NCBI GenBank assembly: GCA_000934665.2
Contig: JYFJ02000135.1
Coordinates: forward strand, 62,001-126,000
From: Catajapyx aquilonaris
Taxonomy: Eukaryota
Length of the DNA: 64,000 bases
Direction: 5' to 3'
This document shows, piece by piece, positions 23,373 to 36,600 of this stretch. The notes under the pieces were generated by a model. That model did not search any database and was not told where the DNA came from. It worked only from the letters and a program-made list of their open reading frames with translations. How positions within the stretch are numbered: position 1 is the stretch's first letter; every line of letters starts with the position of its first letter. A program made the position numbers and the translations under genes.

Positions 23373-26300
23373 CCGGAATGAAAGGGTTGAATCCAGGCGA
23401 TGTGAGGTGCATAATGCATGGCGCAAAAAAATGTGGGCAAATAGCGGACACCTTGATTTTCCAGGTATTGCATATGGAAGTCGGCGGTTGAAGCTGTAGC
23501 GGCAAGTTGTCAGGCGGGAGAGTTGACGCGTCTGAATTATTGGTCACCCCCCGGTTCGCTGATCGTCAGGAATTAAGTGTCATTGGGAACTCGGCCCGAG
23601 TTGGCACCGGTGATCAATTATGCGGCCATTCTTTGTGTTGGCTGCCATTACTAGTGAAATGTTTCCACAGCGGAGACTTGAAAGCTGGACTGGCGAATAA
23701 TCATGTTGTCACTGCGGATATTTTGCAATCTAGCGTTACATGCTGGGTAGTCCTGCAGTCGGATCTTCGCTTCCAGTGTGCATATGTGTACTCTAAAAAA
23801 ATTGGGAGGGCGTGATAAGAAAACTTTCCCCTCTAACAACATAATTCCACCACGGTTGACAACGGGTTCTGAAGGGCCTCTGACAAAAGGCACAGTAATG
23901 GAACACCATGTCACCAGAGTCTCCCCCAAAAACCAGAAGGGTGTCACAACCTGAACCCCTCCAGACCCGCACCCTGGCTTGTCCCTTCAGACTCCACTCA
24001 CTCATCGCCCCCTTACAAAGAGTTGTGTACACGCGAAGAAAATTCTTCCTCGCAACCTGGATGGATGCTGAGAAGGAAGTCGTACGTTAGAAGAGACGAC
24101 TTTAAAAAATTACACGTGTGACACACACTGAGACGCAATCCTCCGTAATTCTGCTCCTTGCCTGATCGGACAGCAGCAATGAATCATTGAGAGTATTTTC
24201 ATGTATAAAGGTGCATGAACCCCACAGTTGCATGACAACAAGAGTCTCTCCCACGGTAGGGAATATAAATGGACAGGTACTCACTATACGTGGATTAGAA
24301 TACGAATTTTTTCGGGGATAAATAGGTGCGTTTGACGTCAGCTTTCATCACGACCCGGTCAAAACACTGGACGTGACGGGAATACCCCCTTCAACCCCTG
24401 GTGCCTTATCACTCTCTCAGTGTGTGATCCCCTCTGAGGACTTAATCAACCTTCTTTTCCCCCCAAAGTGTAGACAGACTTGGGTCCAAATTGCCTGCCC
24501 AAATAGTCCTGGTCCATTCCTATCCCGGTGATAACTCAGCCGCCATTAAGTGCCAAAACTGGTTTTGCCATTGCGCAATATTCAGTGGCTGTTTGAGGCG
24601 TCGTTACTCCCAAAGACACATCTATTGTGCAATGTGGCATCATGACACCTTTAACGGCCCCGTTAAGAATTATATAGGGAGGTTCACTACTGTACTTGCA
24701 CAAATCCGCCCACTTTTCTGACATACACCGTTATTATATCAAGTTGCTACCCACTTCAGGATGTGGACTCCATTTCCGACTGTTTCTGTGTGGGGAGCTC
24801 TCCGATAGTTTGGAGCTCGGACTTTTGGGGATGCAGGAACCCCTGGCACCTCCATTTTGATCCGGGCGGTACAACAGAGAAGTCCTAATCTGCCTGCCGC
24901 TGGAAATCGCCGCTTTTGGAGCCTGAGACAGCCATTAATTTGCCGGAACACGATATCCGTTTTCCGCAATCTCGCACTAAAGTGGGCCTTGCTGACAACG
25001 GCACGAGAATTATTCCTGTATATTCATCATGAAACCTCATTTGCAGAGGAGTCACTCCAAAAACTCTCAAGGTTTTTAGCCATGGTGATGACTTGGAAGA
25101 CTCTTATCCGGAGGGTTACCAGGTGTAAATCACCACACCACACAACCCCGGCTCGTCTTATATGGGATGAAAAAGACACTTAATGCGGTTCACATAAATT
25201 TCGGGGCGGGGGTACCCCTGCCAATAACCTGGAGGGACAATGGAATGGCGCAGTGCGCAACATTTCTCTTTTCACATCCGGCATGTTGGCAAATAAATCA
25301 AGCGTCCGACCCCCACTCCTTCGCCCATGCCTGAATACATCGGGCCATGTCAAGATTCACGCGATAAATCGCTCAAGGAGATCCAGGGAGGACCAAGATG
25401 GTCACTCACCAGCCATAGAAATCGAAGCTCTTCCCCCCTCTCTTTCCCAGCCGGTAGACCAGACCCAACAATGGACCTTGGTTCGTTAGAAGGGAACCGA
25501 ATTTCACTCTTGGGATTATTTCATTCCAGCCGGCCACACATCACTCGCCTCTAATTGCACATTATAGCCTGACGCCAGGGCTATTCCTTTACATTTTCAT
25601 ACCGCATTCGTGTCTCAGCAGCAGGAACAGTCTGTTGAGTTATAGCTCAAAACGACATTAAAGCTTTACAAACTCAGGGGGAGAACCCAAGTCCATATTT
25701 CCATGGGGGGGATTTTTCCCTTCTTTTTTTTTTTAGAAGAGAGGTACAATGTGCGGCCGGATTTCCCCACCAGAGGGGCGTGGCGGTCAAAAGAAATATG
25801 TCCGTCATTTGGGGACGACTAGGATCCACACACCAAAAAAATGGGCCTGATTGGGTTACTACCCGCATCGGGCCACCTCAGTATTTTAAAGCCTAAGCCT
25901 TTTCCAGCACGTCTCATTACGAGCTGACGGGGCCACTTGGCCCCTGGGCGGGGCATCCCCTACAAGACACCCTCACCCAACGCCTAAGGATTGAGTGATG
26001 CCACCTCTCTTCAGCCAGCTCAGCGCCACCCAACCATGGTGAAAGAAATATCCAGACATGTAAATGAAATTGTTTAAAACTCAAAAATGTCGACCTGGGC
26101 GGCTGGTCCATATCCCTCCAAAAAATCTGAATCACTATGACCCCCACGATGAATCAGGGCTCCAGTTTTGGGGTCGAGTCGACCCGATACCATCTTTTCC
26201 AATCATTAGGTATTAAATCGTGGAGCTACGCGGAACAATCTGAGTGATCGTTAAGGAACATGCAGTTTCGTAGCCCCGCTTGACTTGAATTAATGATCCA

Positions 26301-27650
26301 TAATTGACTCGCGGTAACGATTTCGTATTATCTCAACCCCGATGCGGAAGAGGTTCCCTCCATGAAACGTATAGGGAAAACGTTGGCGACTCGATGCCCA
26401 ATACTGGTGAGAGAAAGGCCACTGGGCATCATCCGCGATCTCTGACCCCCATCATCGTGGAGAAAACCCTCCCTTAATATTCTTACTTTTTTGTTCCTTC
26501 TTCCATCAAAACGTCAACCTTCCTCCGAGGAAAAGTACACCCCAAGTGGTGACCTTTTGCCAGCCACATTTTCCGTCTATCACTCACAAAAATTTCCAGT
26601 TTGGAGTTTGCATATAGGTGAAGAGGGGGGAGGGGGGTTGGGCCACTCCCCTTTAATACAGCCGGACTGTACTGACGTTTTACCTGACGGGCCTTTGCTG
26701 TTGGCAGAACTCTACCGGGGCCCTGTCAGCAACTCATCCGTCCCGTCCTGTCGTACCGGAGAAAGGCCAAACTCGTTCCTCGACCTCATCCTGAGGCCCC
26801 CTTATTTGTCTACAGTACTAGGTAGTTATCTAGTTACACAATTACGAAGTATTGGGTGTCGCTGACCATGCGAAAAAGTGTTGAGAAAGCGGCCAATCTT
26901 GGCATATCCACGATCCGCCCTTCACCATCTTTACCCCCGAAGAGGTCGCGCCCTTGGCACCGATCATCCCACTTGCAACGTTCCCTTCCACGTTTCCATC
27001 CAAAATGACAGATTTCGTGGAGAAGGAATATACCGGAGCTCGCTGATTTCGTATGCATCGGACGAACCCAGGACTTGAACACAGGCGCCAAGTTACAGTT
27101 CTGGGAAAGCGGGCAACACCCATAAGCACTCATCAGGTCCTTGTCAGTGGAAACGTCGTGAGCAAAAGGCTGGGAGATGGAAGTTTACCGGTTCCGCAGG
27201 TGTAGTCGCGCAGTTGACCCGATTACACCGATGCAACACATAAAGCTAGTGATACCCCTAGCTGCATGGGAAGAGGGTCGCCAACCTGGCAGGTGTTTCA
27301 GGGACACCGGAAGCTGTCGCTTTGGGCGATACAGGAAGAGCGCCCTCTGCAAGTGCAAAAGCAGCGACGCCACCGGTTATCAAGCAAACTAAACCGGATG
27401 ATCCCCGCCAGAGTCACGAAACCTCATTTTCCCAAGGAGCGTGTGGCCTCTCTCTCGTTATATGATGACAAGAAGGCGTCATTATTCCCCTACTGATTTA
27501 AGAGGGGCACCCGCAACCTGGAATTCGTCAGGGGGGCCGACGACGGACACACGGGGGCCTTCTGCGCACCTCACTTGTTTAACCGGAAGATGACGAATGA
27601 GGATTCTCCCCAGTTTGTCTAAACAAATAGCCGCCTCTTCCATCCTTCCA

Positions 27651-27667
27651 GAGAGAGAGAGAGAGAG
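27651..27667. repeat. (GA)8 microsatellite
   Basis: Seen directly. Confidence 0.9.
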
Positions 27668-30600
27668 CAGGTAGACGAAACCTGTCTCCGCAGATGTTTC
27701 CATAAGGTGACTATGTATCAATTAGCCTCGATATGCTCTGAATCGAAGCAATGTATGGATACGCATGCACATTATGTTTCAATTAAGTCTAGGCGTGATC
27801 ACACATGCGTCATTTTTTGTCGATACAGATAATCGCGTGATATTGTTTTTATACGGATGGAAATACAACGGTATAATTTAGCGCCAGTACGTGAGTTTGT
27901 TGATAAGCTTTTACAAAGTCTTGCATCTGGCAAGGTTCCACCCAGGGGTGACACCAAATGTCTACTTTTTGGCTCGGACTTTACGGCTGAGGTATCCGCA
28001 CGCAATTTGCACCTATACCGACCGACTTTGATGTTGGACCAAAAAAAAAAAGAAAACACCAACCGGCACGACGCGTCCCAATGTCACGTCCATCAACACC
28101 GAAAAAATTAAACGCCGGATCCCTATTGGAAAACAATTTTCTGCGACGCAACCAAACAACTCTGGTTGGGAAGGATGCATGCTATTCTATCAAGGCCAGC
28201 CAGACACAAAACTTGAAACGAAACAAAAACATTTGAGCGATGGCGATAAATCTTCCGGCGTTAAAATACGACCTCTTTGTTCCCCATTTCCAAGCAAAAC
28301 TCCACTCATGCCCAGGTATAAATCTATACCTATAGGTCCTCTAATTGGATTGGCAGGTTAGGGAATGGCCGCCATGCTGAGGAAGTCCTTGAGAAGCCTG
28401 TACTTCATCCCCTCCCAGAAACCGTCATCAAGTCTGTCATCATCTCCTGATGCCTGTCTGACGTCAGGGAGTAAGTTATTATTTCCTTTGCTGTCTTTGG
28501 GAGACCAACACCACCGTTCCACATTACCTACGCCAAGCAGCTGCAACAGCCTCTGTGTTTGACAGATCTGCCTCGCACGTCTTCCTCAAAAACCAAAGGG
28601 AGGAGGACGCTGATTCGGCAAACAACCACAAACCCTCATCGCCACCTCGTTACTATAAAAAAACTATCCCGGAAAAATACTGGATAACCACTGCCCTTTT
28701 AAAAATTGTCCTGATTTACCACCTAGGATAGCAGGGATAAAATCAGTTGGGGGGCTGGAGGTACAGGACCGGTCACGAAAGAGATAGACTCGGAGCTTAC
28801 TAATTACCGGTCACGAAAACATGGCCGAACAAATCAGTTTGCGGGGAAGCGAGCTCAGCTTGGCACGAGAACCTCTTTTTTAAATGCTTCTGCCCGCAAA
28901 CCGGCCCAGCTGATTGACAGACCGGCCAAATCGGCAGGGGATCGCTGTTCATCCAATATCCCCGGGTCGAATCAGCCGCGGATCAATCCAAGATCCCAAC
29001 GTACCCACAGGGCATGTGGTACTTACCTATAAAGAGAAAAAAAACAGGCAATTAGTACATGAACTCAACTGCTAGGTGGCGCTTTAGATGCTAGTGGCGC
29101 CCTCAAATCCCTGCCTTTCTCACGCCAAGGTCCCAGCGACCTCCCAGTGACCTCTCGGGGATAACTCAAGTCAGGCCCCGCTGACACTGGCGGGCATCAA
29201 AATGATCCACGATCGCCTTCCCCTGAAAAGCCTCGTCTTGTCCCCCCATCGGACTCTGATTTACCGCGGGCTTTTCCAGAGGGGCCCCCTGCAAGAAAAA
29301 AAAAAAGTTTCTAGAGAGGCAGCTGCCCCATGTCTTCTACTTTTCCTAAACCCGGGGGATAATTAAAAGCCGGTGGGGGTATTGACGCCGCTTCACTAAA
29401 TCACAGTTCTGTCTTACCCCCAAAGATTTCTTCTAGAAGTATAGTAGTACTCCAGAATTATTCAGCGAATTAACGTCTTCCGGCTCCACACAAATTATTA
29501 CGTGTACAAAATGATTAATCCCATTGCAAGGTGGGTAATGTAGGACACTACCTTCAGGGTGCGTCTCTTTTTTTTGTTTGTACTACCAACTCGTCACAGT
29601 TCAAACGTTGTCCATGTTCCTTTCTTCGAGCGATGGCCACCGGAATGAAAAGGAGAAAGGGAAATGGGTGACGGACGGGAAATCCGACAGGTTTTTTGGT
29701 CGGCCATCGCAGGTAAGATGGCAGTTGGTCGCAGGAGGGGGGGAAAAAAGTAGCAGTAATTTAATTAACAGGATCTTTGAAAATGGAGGGAAGAGGTAAT
29801 CAGATGTGTGACGTGGAGACTGACTAATGTTGCGGTTTGGATGGGAGAGCCTACTTACGTGACTACTTCCAACTTTACGACCATTTTTTTTCAAGCCTAT
29901 CCGGTCCGAATTTTTTATTGCTAATTAGCATTTAATTGCGGTCTAAAAATGTGGTGGCACGTGACGTAACGTTCCGTAACTATCGCCTATCGATAGTGCC
30001 TTTTCGCTCCGAAAAATGCTGATATAGGCTTAGTGACCTCTTAAAAAGTCTGCTGTCTCCTCTGGCGCACATAAATTTCAGCTAGAGAAAAAACACGTCC
30101 TGTGGAAAGATATGCTCCGGATGGCAGGTTTCAACTAAGAGGAGGCCATGGGCTCTGAGAAATGAATATGAGGCACACAATGCTTCGAAGCTACGTGCAA
30201 GAAAGATGAAGAGGTCACCCACGGATCCGCTTTCACCTGCCCCTGCTGGAGGGGGTCGAAACCCGTACCCCAATCTACACGGGGTCACCGGATGTGGAAA
30301 CGGAATTTGCCCTATCCTAGATTGGCTAAAATTTTCGGGATACTCCGGAAATCACGTTTATTCGTGACGGTCATTGACCAAACAATTCCCATCCATTTCG
30401 TGCCAATATTGTACCAGTTGCGTCGGGTGGGTGAAATTTCTGGTTGGGTCAAATGTCATGGGTTAGGCCTGTCCTCCTAACAGTTTCCAGAAATGGCCTG
30501 TTGGGGACATCTGCTGGATACAAGTCCCCAAAAAGTTCCCTAAAAATCCGCGTCCTTTTCCACCCCTCCTCCCTCCCAGCCCCTCCTCCTCCCACTTTTC

Positions 30601-33600
30601 TCTTTTGCAGCGCCTCGCCTCCGGCCCCATAAATTCCGGGCTGGCAATTCGTCAGACGCACTTAGCATTGTAGCCAGAGGTCGGCCGCGGGGGCTAAAAT
30701 GGAGCGAAAACGAACGCGGTCTATATTTTACCCGTTTTTGACAGCCTAGATGGCTTTTCCATCTTTGTTGGGACGCGCGGGCACCTGTGTGAGGCAGATG
30801 GAAGGAGAAGTTGGGTGGGGAGGCCCTGGCTCCCAAAATGGGGAGTTTGCCCTCCCCACCCACCTATAGCTTGATTTATGTCCACACCCCACCATCCCCT
30901 GGCCAGTCAAAACCAAACAAACCAGGCCTGAAAAACCATGACTATAAAAACCGAGGCGCCTCTTAGGAAATGAGATGGCGTCCGGATCAGTAGTCTACCT
31001 TCTACCGGATTTGGGCCCAAAGTGCTTCGAAGAAAGTGGAATCTCCCTAGGGTTACGCCATCGCCAACCCCCCAATTACAATTCGGGATGCAGGGGAATC
31101 GCAATGGCCTCATTACCTAAGCTCCGGGTTAGAGCGGGCCTCGGGTAGGGAGAGAAAAAAACTCCTAATGCACAACACGTAAAAAATTTCGCGCTATATC
31201 CAGGTTCGAAATTAATTCGTCGGCGATTCGAAAAAATCGCGCGCGGTTTAAATCGTGGGAAAATGTCTCGCGCGTCCATAACAAATTCACTCCATGCACC
31301 TAATTGGCCAGAAAAGGCGGGCATGATAACTTCACTACCCTGGGTTTTGAAAAAGTGGGGTCGAACACCAGGCCGCGTGTCGCCCTGAACCTACCTGCCA
31401 ATTTATTCCCCTCAACTCTCCCTTTTTTCACATCCTTTAAACCGAATATCAAACGGTCAGGTTTTTTGTAATGGTGTCTCTTCTAGCAAACAGAAGCGGC
31501 CAGCAACCTGATAGTTCCCGCGACACCTGGCCATTGTTTTTCCACATGACCGCTGATGGACTCATATTTGACAGGCGCGTGGAAAACTAGTAGGTTTAAT
31601 CTATTGGCCTCATCCATTCGAATCAGTCACTATAATATTTCTCCACGTGTATAAAGCCATTAGGACCATACGAGTCATCTCCGAAAAAATCTTTGTACCA
31701 CGACATGGTCCAGCACATACATGTCAGGGCAGAAAAGGGCAGGGTGGCTGTGTCGTTTTGGGAGGTTGGTGAGGGGGTTTGAACCACCCTCCCATTTCCC
31801 CAGCTGCGACGCCTGGCTTGTCGGGTCGTAATGGCCCGGGGAATTCGGTGAGCTAAAGACAGACGCGTTTCACGTGCAACTGTCGCCGAGCCTGACTTTG
31901 ATGAACGTAGCAGCGGGAAAATTATGAGCGCCAAGATTGCTACGTACCACACGGGCCCACCGGCCACGTTGCCAAAATGTGGCAAGAAAACAGTCCTGTC
32001 CTATATACCTAAGATACAGTAGGTCAACTGGCAACCCAGCTTTTATTAGGTCAGATATCGGCCGTCCCGTACTATTAATACAACCTCCACAAAAGCATGC
32101 TTTCCATCTGGCTGGTTAATTTCTGCAACCGGATAACCTTGTCCAATCGGTTTGCCAGAATCCGTGATGCGTCGTCCTTTTACGACCTGGCGCCCATGAA
32201 GAGTGACAACAGGTGAGTTTCAGTCACAGCCGCATGAATCTGGGATGACAGGCTTTACTTAGGGGACCGGTGACGAATTTATCGCCTTAGTCCCGTGTTT
32301 ATGGTGGAGGACCTGCTGCCTTTGAGACTGGCGCGCGAGTGTGTGAGTGTGTGTGCCTGTCCGAATAGATCACTCACATGGCTAAGAATACACCTCGAGG
32401 GCCTCCCCATCGCAGACACAATCCCAACCACTATTCAAGGATCAGACTGCGGATTCCACGTCTCATCCGGATGAACAAGGACCCAGACATGCCATCCTAA
32501 AATAATATCGCGACGCACCAACCGAAACAAACGACGCGTCTAAACATACTAATAGATATGTTAATAATAATATTGGTCCACTATTTTGATCGATATTGCC
32601 ACCTTGATTGGTATCGATTGAGCATTTTCGTCGCCCCAAGTATCGTCCTTTGCGTCTGTCTCTGCAACGAACTTCGTCCGTTGCAACCGAGATGGCGAGA
32701 GCGGGCGGGAAACCCCGGAACAAACCCACCCCAACACACCCCCGCCCAATTCACTCCCGGAGCTGAAAAGTTCCGGTGGCGCCCAAGACGAGTTTGAAGG
32801 TTAGTGGGGGTTGGAGGGTAGGGAGGGGGAAGAAAGAATAAAAATTCATGCCATGCTTCCAGGGTCAAGCGAATTGGTAGACTCGGGGTCGACAAGGGGT
32901 ATTTTGTGAGCTAAAAAGGTGAGCCGTGTCAGCTTTAATCGGCTCCTTCACCTGCCCGGCGGTGCCTTTCATCCCTTCAGTCTACCTCACACATATATCC
33001 GGATAACACGTATCTATAGACGGAAAAAAACGTGTATCAATAGTCGTTTGAAGCGTGGCTTACTAGCAGGTGAACACATGGAAAAAATTGCTAAAACCCC
33101 CCAAAAATTCAACGGTTAATACCGTGGCATATTATTACATGTTGCCGCAGTGTGTACAAATATTACGCATCGAGTAGCGTGACTTTCCTGTTGGTTGGCC
33201 CAATATTTGCCAATCAATCGGCGGCGTCACTCGTCTACCCCAATCTTAATATCGCGTCTAGGCTGACACGTGACTGCACAAAAATCGCACGGTTGTTGCT
33301 ATCCTTTGCATATCAATCGTCGCGTGACTTACAGGCAGGTGGTTACAGAAATCATTCTTATTTGGCGAAAATATTCGTGACGTCAGCGTTCTATGCCATT
33401 ATGCAGTCGATAAATGTCTATCTGAGTCGGGGGGGCCTTGCAAAAGTGCTTTACTAAATTATCGAATCCTCGCGTTTCTACCCTATTAGCTCTGGAGGGC
33501 AAACATGCGAGTGCGGGGGTGGATTGTGTAAACAAACAAAAGGCATCAAACACGAACCCCGCGGTTCCGGAGACAACGGCTCAACATGTTTTGACCAGGC

Positions 33601-36600
33601 AGTTGCACTATTCCCCATTTTTCGTCCCAAAAAAACGTGGAACAAAGGGCAATTAGTACTTTTAGCTACCACTTGGGCTCAGCTAAATGAAGATATCATA
33701 AAATTATAGGAGCCCCAAACCTGAAACAGTTTTAAAAAACATTAGATTTAGGTTTCGAAACGCTTCTAATGGTAGCGCAAATGCGGGCTCAATTCGCACC
33801 TTTTTTGTAGCCAATTGGTCCGGAATTATCTTTCAAATAGACGTAAAAAAGCCTGAAAGCTATGGACGGGAATAATAGATCCGGCGTCCTTCAACTTCCG
33901 GAAAAAGTTCGAACTTGTCCAAACGAATGAATTCGTGTGTGGCTGGCTATTATTTATTAGAGGTACGCAGGGGTATCACGTACACTGTTGTATCTCAGTG
34001 TATTTTTCCACTGGGCTTTTCATCCTCCTTGATGACCTGTAACAGTGGAAAATTTTAAGCGCATTGTGAAATACAAGCATTTTCCAGCTTATAAATGTTA
34101 CATGATAAAATTACCATATTTTATTACTTTGGTTAGTTCTGCTTCCAAATGAATTTTCTTCAAACTAAGTTTTTTTGCACATTCAAATCAGGCGTGTTAG
34201 TGGTGGGGTAAAATATGATTCAATTGTTTGAGACACTTTTAAATAGGTTCCCAGCAAAAATGGTAATGTAGTATTCTATATTTCATTGCAAATTCTAGTA
34301 GGGTCTACAGAAGTTGCCAGACACTTTGACCTATATTAATCCAACCCAAATAGTACCCAACAATGCTGGAAATAAATCGGGTCAAATACTGTATAGGCCT
34401 ACTATACCCTCATCATAAGTTGTTGCATAAACAATAACTGATGAAATAGATGCAATAAAACTATTACAATTTTTTGCGTAAAAGACCTTGAGCACAAATA
34501 ACTGCCAATTAATTTTTGCAAACATAAAATATTTCATATCAAATGACGTAAGTTTCCTATCAATAGTTGAATCGCTAACTACTCAGCAATTTTTTCCTCA
34601 CCGCCTCTGGATGGATGCTACGTCATTAAGAAATTAATGAAGCATCTGTCGAGAAATTCTTGTGACAACTGCTCGGCGACAACGCGCAAGGCCGCCTCTT
34701 TTGTTCATCATTCGGAAAGACAACAGACTGGCAAGGCTCGACTCTCAATTTCACATGTCGGTGGGCACTTTTTCCTCCCCGGCAGACAGCAAAACGGACA
34801 GTTAGGACTGGCTGGCACAAAAGATCCTCGTTGAAGCCTCCATCTTTTTCGTTCCCGCATTTCCGAGGCGTCTCCTCGACCTCCTCTCATCGGTCGGGGA
34901 TTGGCATCATACCAAAATTAGAAGGATTATTGGGCGTCGTGCACTTGCCTGCCTGCGTCCTTCTCTCCCCATCCCCCAACCCTCCATCTTCCCCACCTCT
35001 CCTTCCTTCCAAGTCCGAAATCGATACATACGCGTGTTCCTCACTAATCACTTTCCCTCAATTCAATCCAGACGGCGACACCGGGAAAGTTTTGTCGTCA
35101 CTTCCTCCCCCGCCATGTTGGGAGGTCCCATCTGCTTATTCCTGGGCACAATCAAAGTCAAGTGTAACTACCAGGACCCCAGATCAGGTGTGGTCTGCTT
35201 TTCAATGCAAAACCGGCCAACAAAAGAATGGGTCTCCATTCAGGCTAAATCCAATCGCCTCGCCGGCTTCCTGTTGAAAATCGCTAACAAGACAGGCGCC
35301 GTGGTCATTACCCGCATTGGAGTACATTGTCCGAGACGAAAACGGTGCACAAAAATCTCCACACTGAAATGGATCCTTTTTCTGTGTTCCCCTCTACGTG
35401 ACCCACGTTTTTTGAATCATCAACAATGGGTGGGCCCTGCTGGGTATGATTCCGGTTGGAAATAAGACTTCTTTTTTTTAAAAAAAGTTGTCCCTACGCA
35501 TGCTGCGAGTTGCGTGACTGGTCACTTCTGGAAGTCGATATTAATAAATAGATGCACTCATTATGTACACCGGTATCATGCGTAAACATTATTATTCTTA
35601 AAAAATGACCTACTAGTATCCCAGGTAGATAATACACGCTCTTAAAAATAATTGGGCCAAAGCCATACATTACTGAATCCAATCTGAAACTACATTGTAA
35701 TTTGGCTGAAATAATCCGTAACAACCGGGTCAACAGAAATTTTCGATATAATTGTCTACTTTTACTACCTCAGAATATGTATCTATTTCACCCACCATAC
35801 AATTTCCCCCCAGTTATTTTTAATGGACGCCAGTTTCACAGCACTATTTTACATTGACCTGTCCAATATAGTTGCACACTATCCCGTTTTTTATCCCTCA
35901 AAATAAGTGCATCCCAACCGAGCAGAGAGACCACTTAGCGCAAAAGTCCGGATTGGTTTTGAGTCTAGACCCGGTTTTGCCCCAGCTTACTTTGACACTA
36001 TAACAAGGCCGAAACACGAGTTAGCCGGGTCCATAGCCTGGGGCCACGGTGAGCATTATGCAAAGTACGAGATGTCCGTCAGGAAGAGTACATCCCATCC
36101 CCCAGAAGTACAGCATTTGCTTCCTAGTTCTCAGAGCCCTGAGATAATGCATCCCCGCTGCAGTTCCTACCCTGAAGCACTCAAGTGTCATCTAACAGTG
36201 GAGGCCGGTAGGGTTGGTCGGGGTGAAATGAACAAGAATTCCCACTGTAAGGCGCTCAATACCTCTCCTAGGACCAGACTTTTTGTATGTTTTGCCTCCA
36301 ATTGGCACGTGTCAAGCACTTAATGCCTACAAGTTATCGGCAATCGCTAGCATATATGTGCCCTCTTCCGTTCTTTTACAGCCCTCGAGAGTGGCATGCA
36401 TTTCTTGCAAGTTCCGCCTCTACCGGCACCGTACCTATCCGGAATGGTTATTGGCGCAGAAATGAATTGCCCCTGGGCGCGTACCCAGATGGTACCGGAA
36501 CATTTGAAAATTTTTGAACATGTGTACCCCAGAAAGTGTGCTACTTGCTATTCGTTCAAATTTGTGGTATCCACTTGATAGCAACCAGTGAGAAACACTA

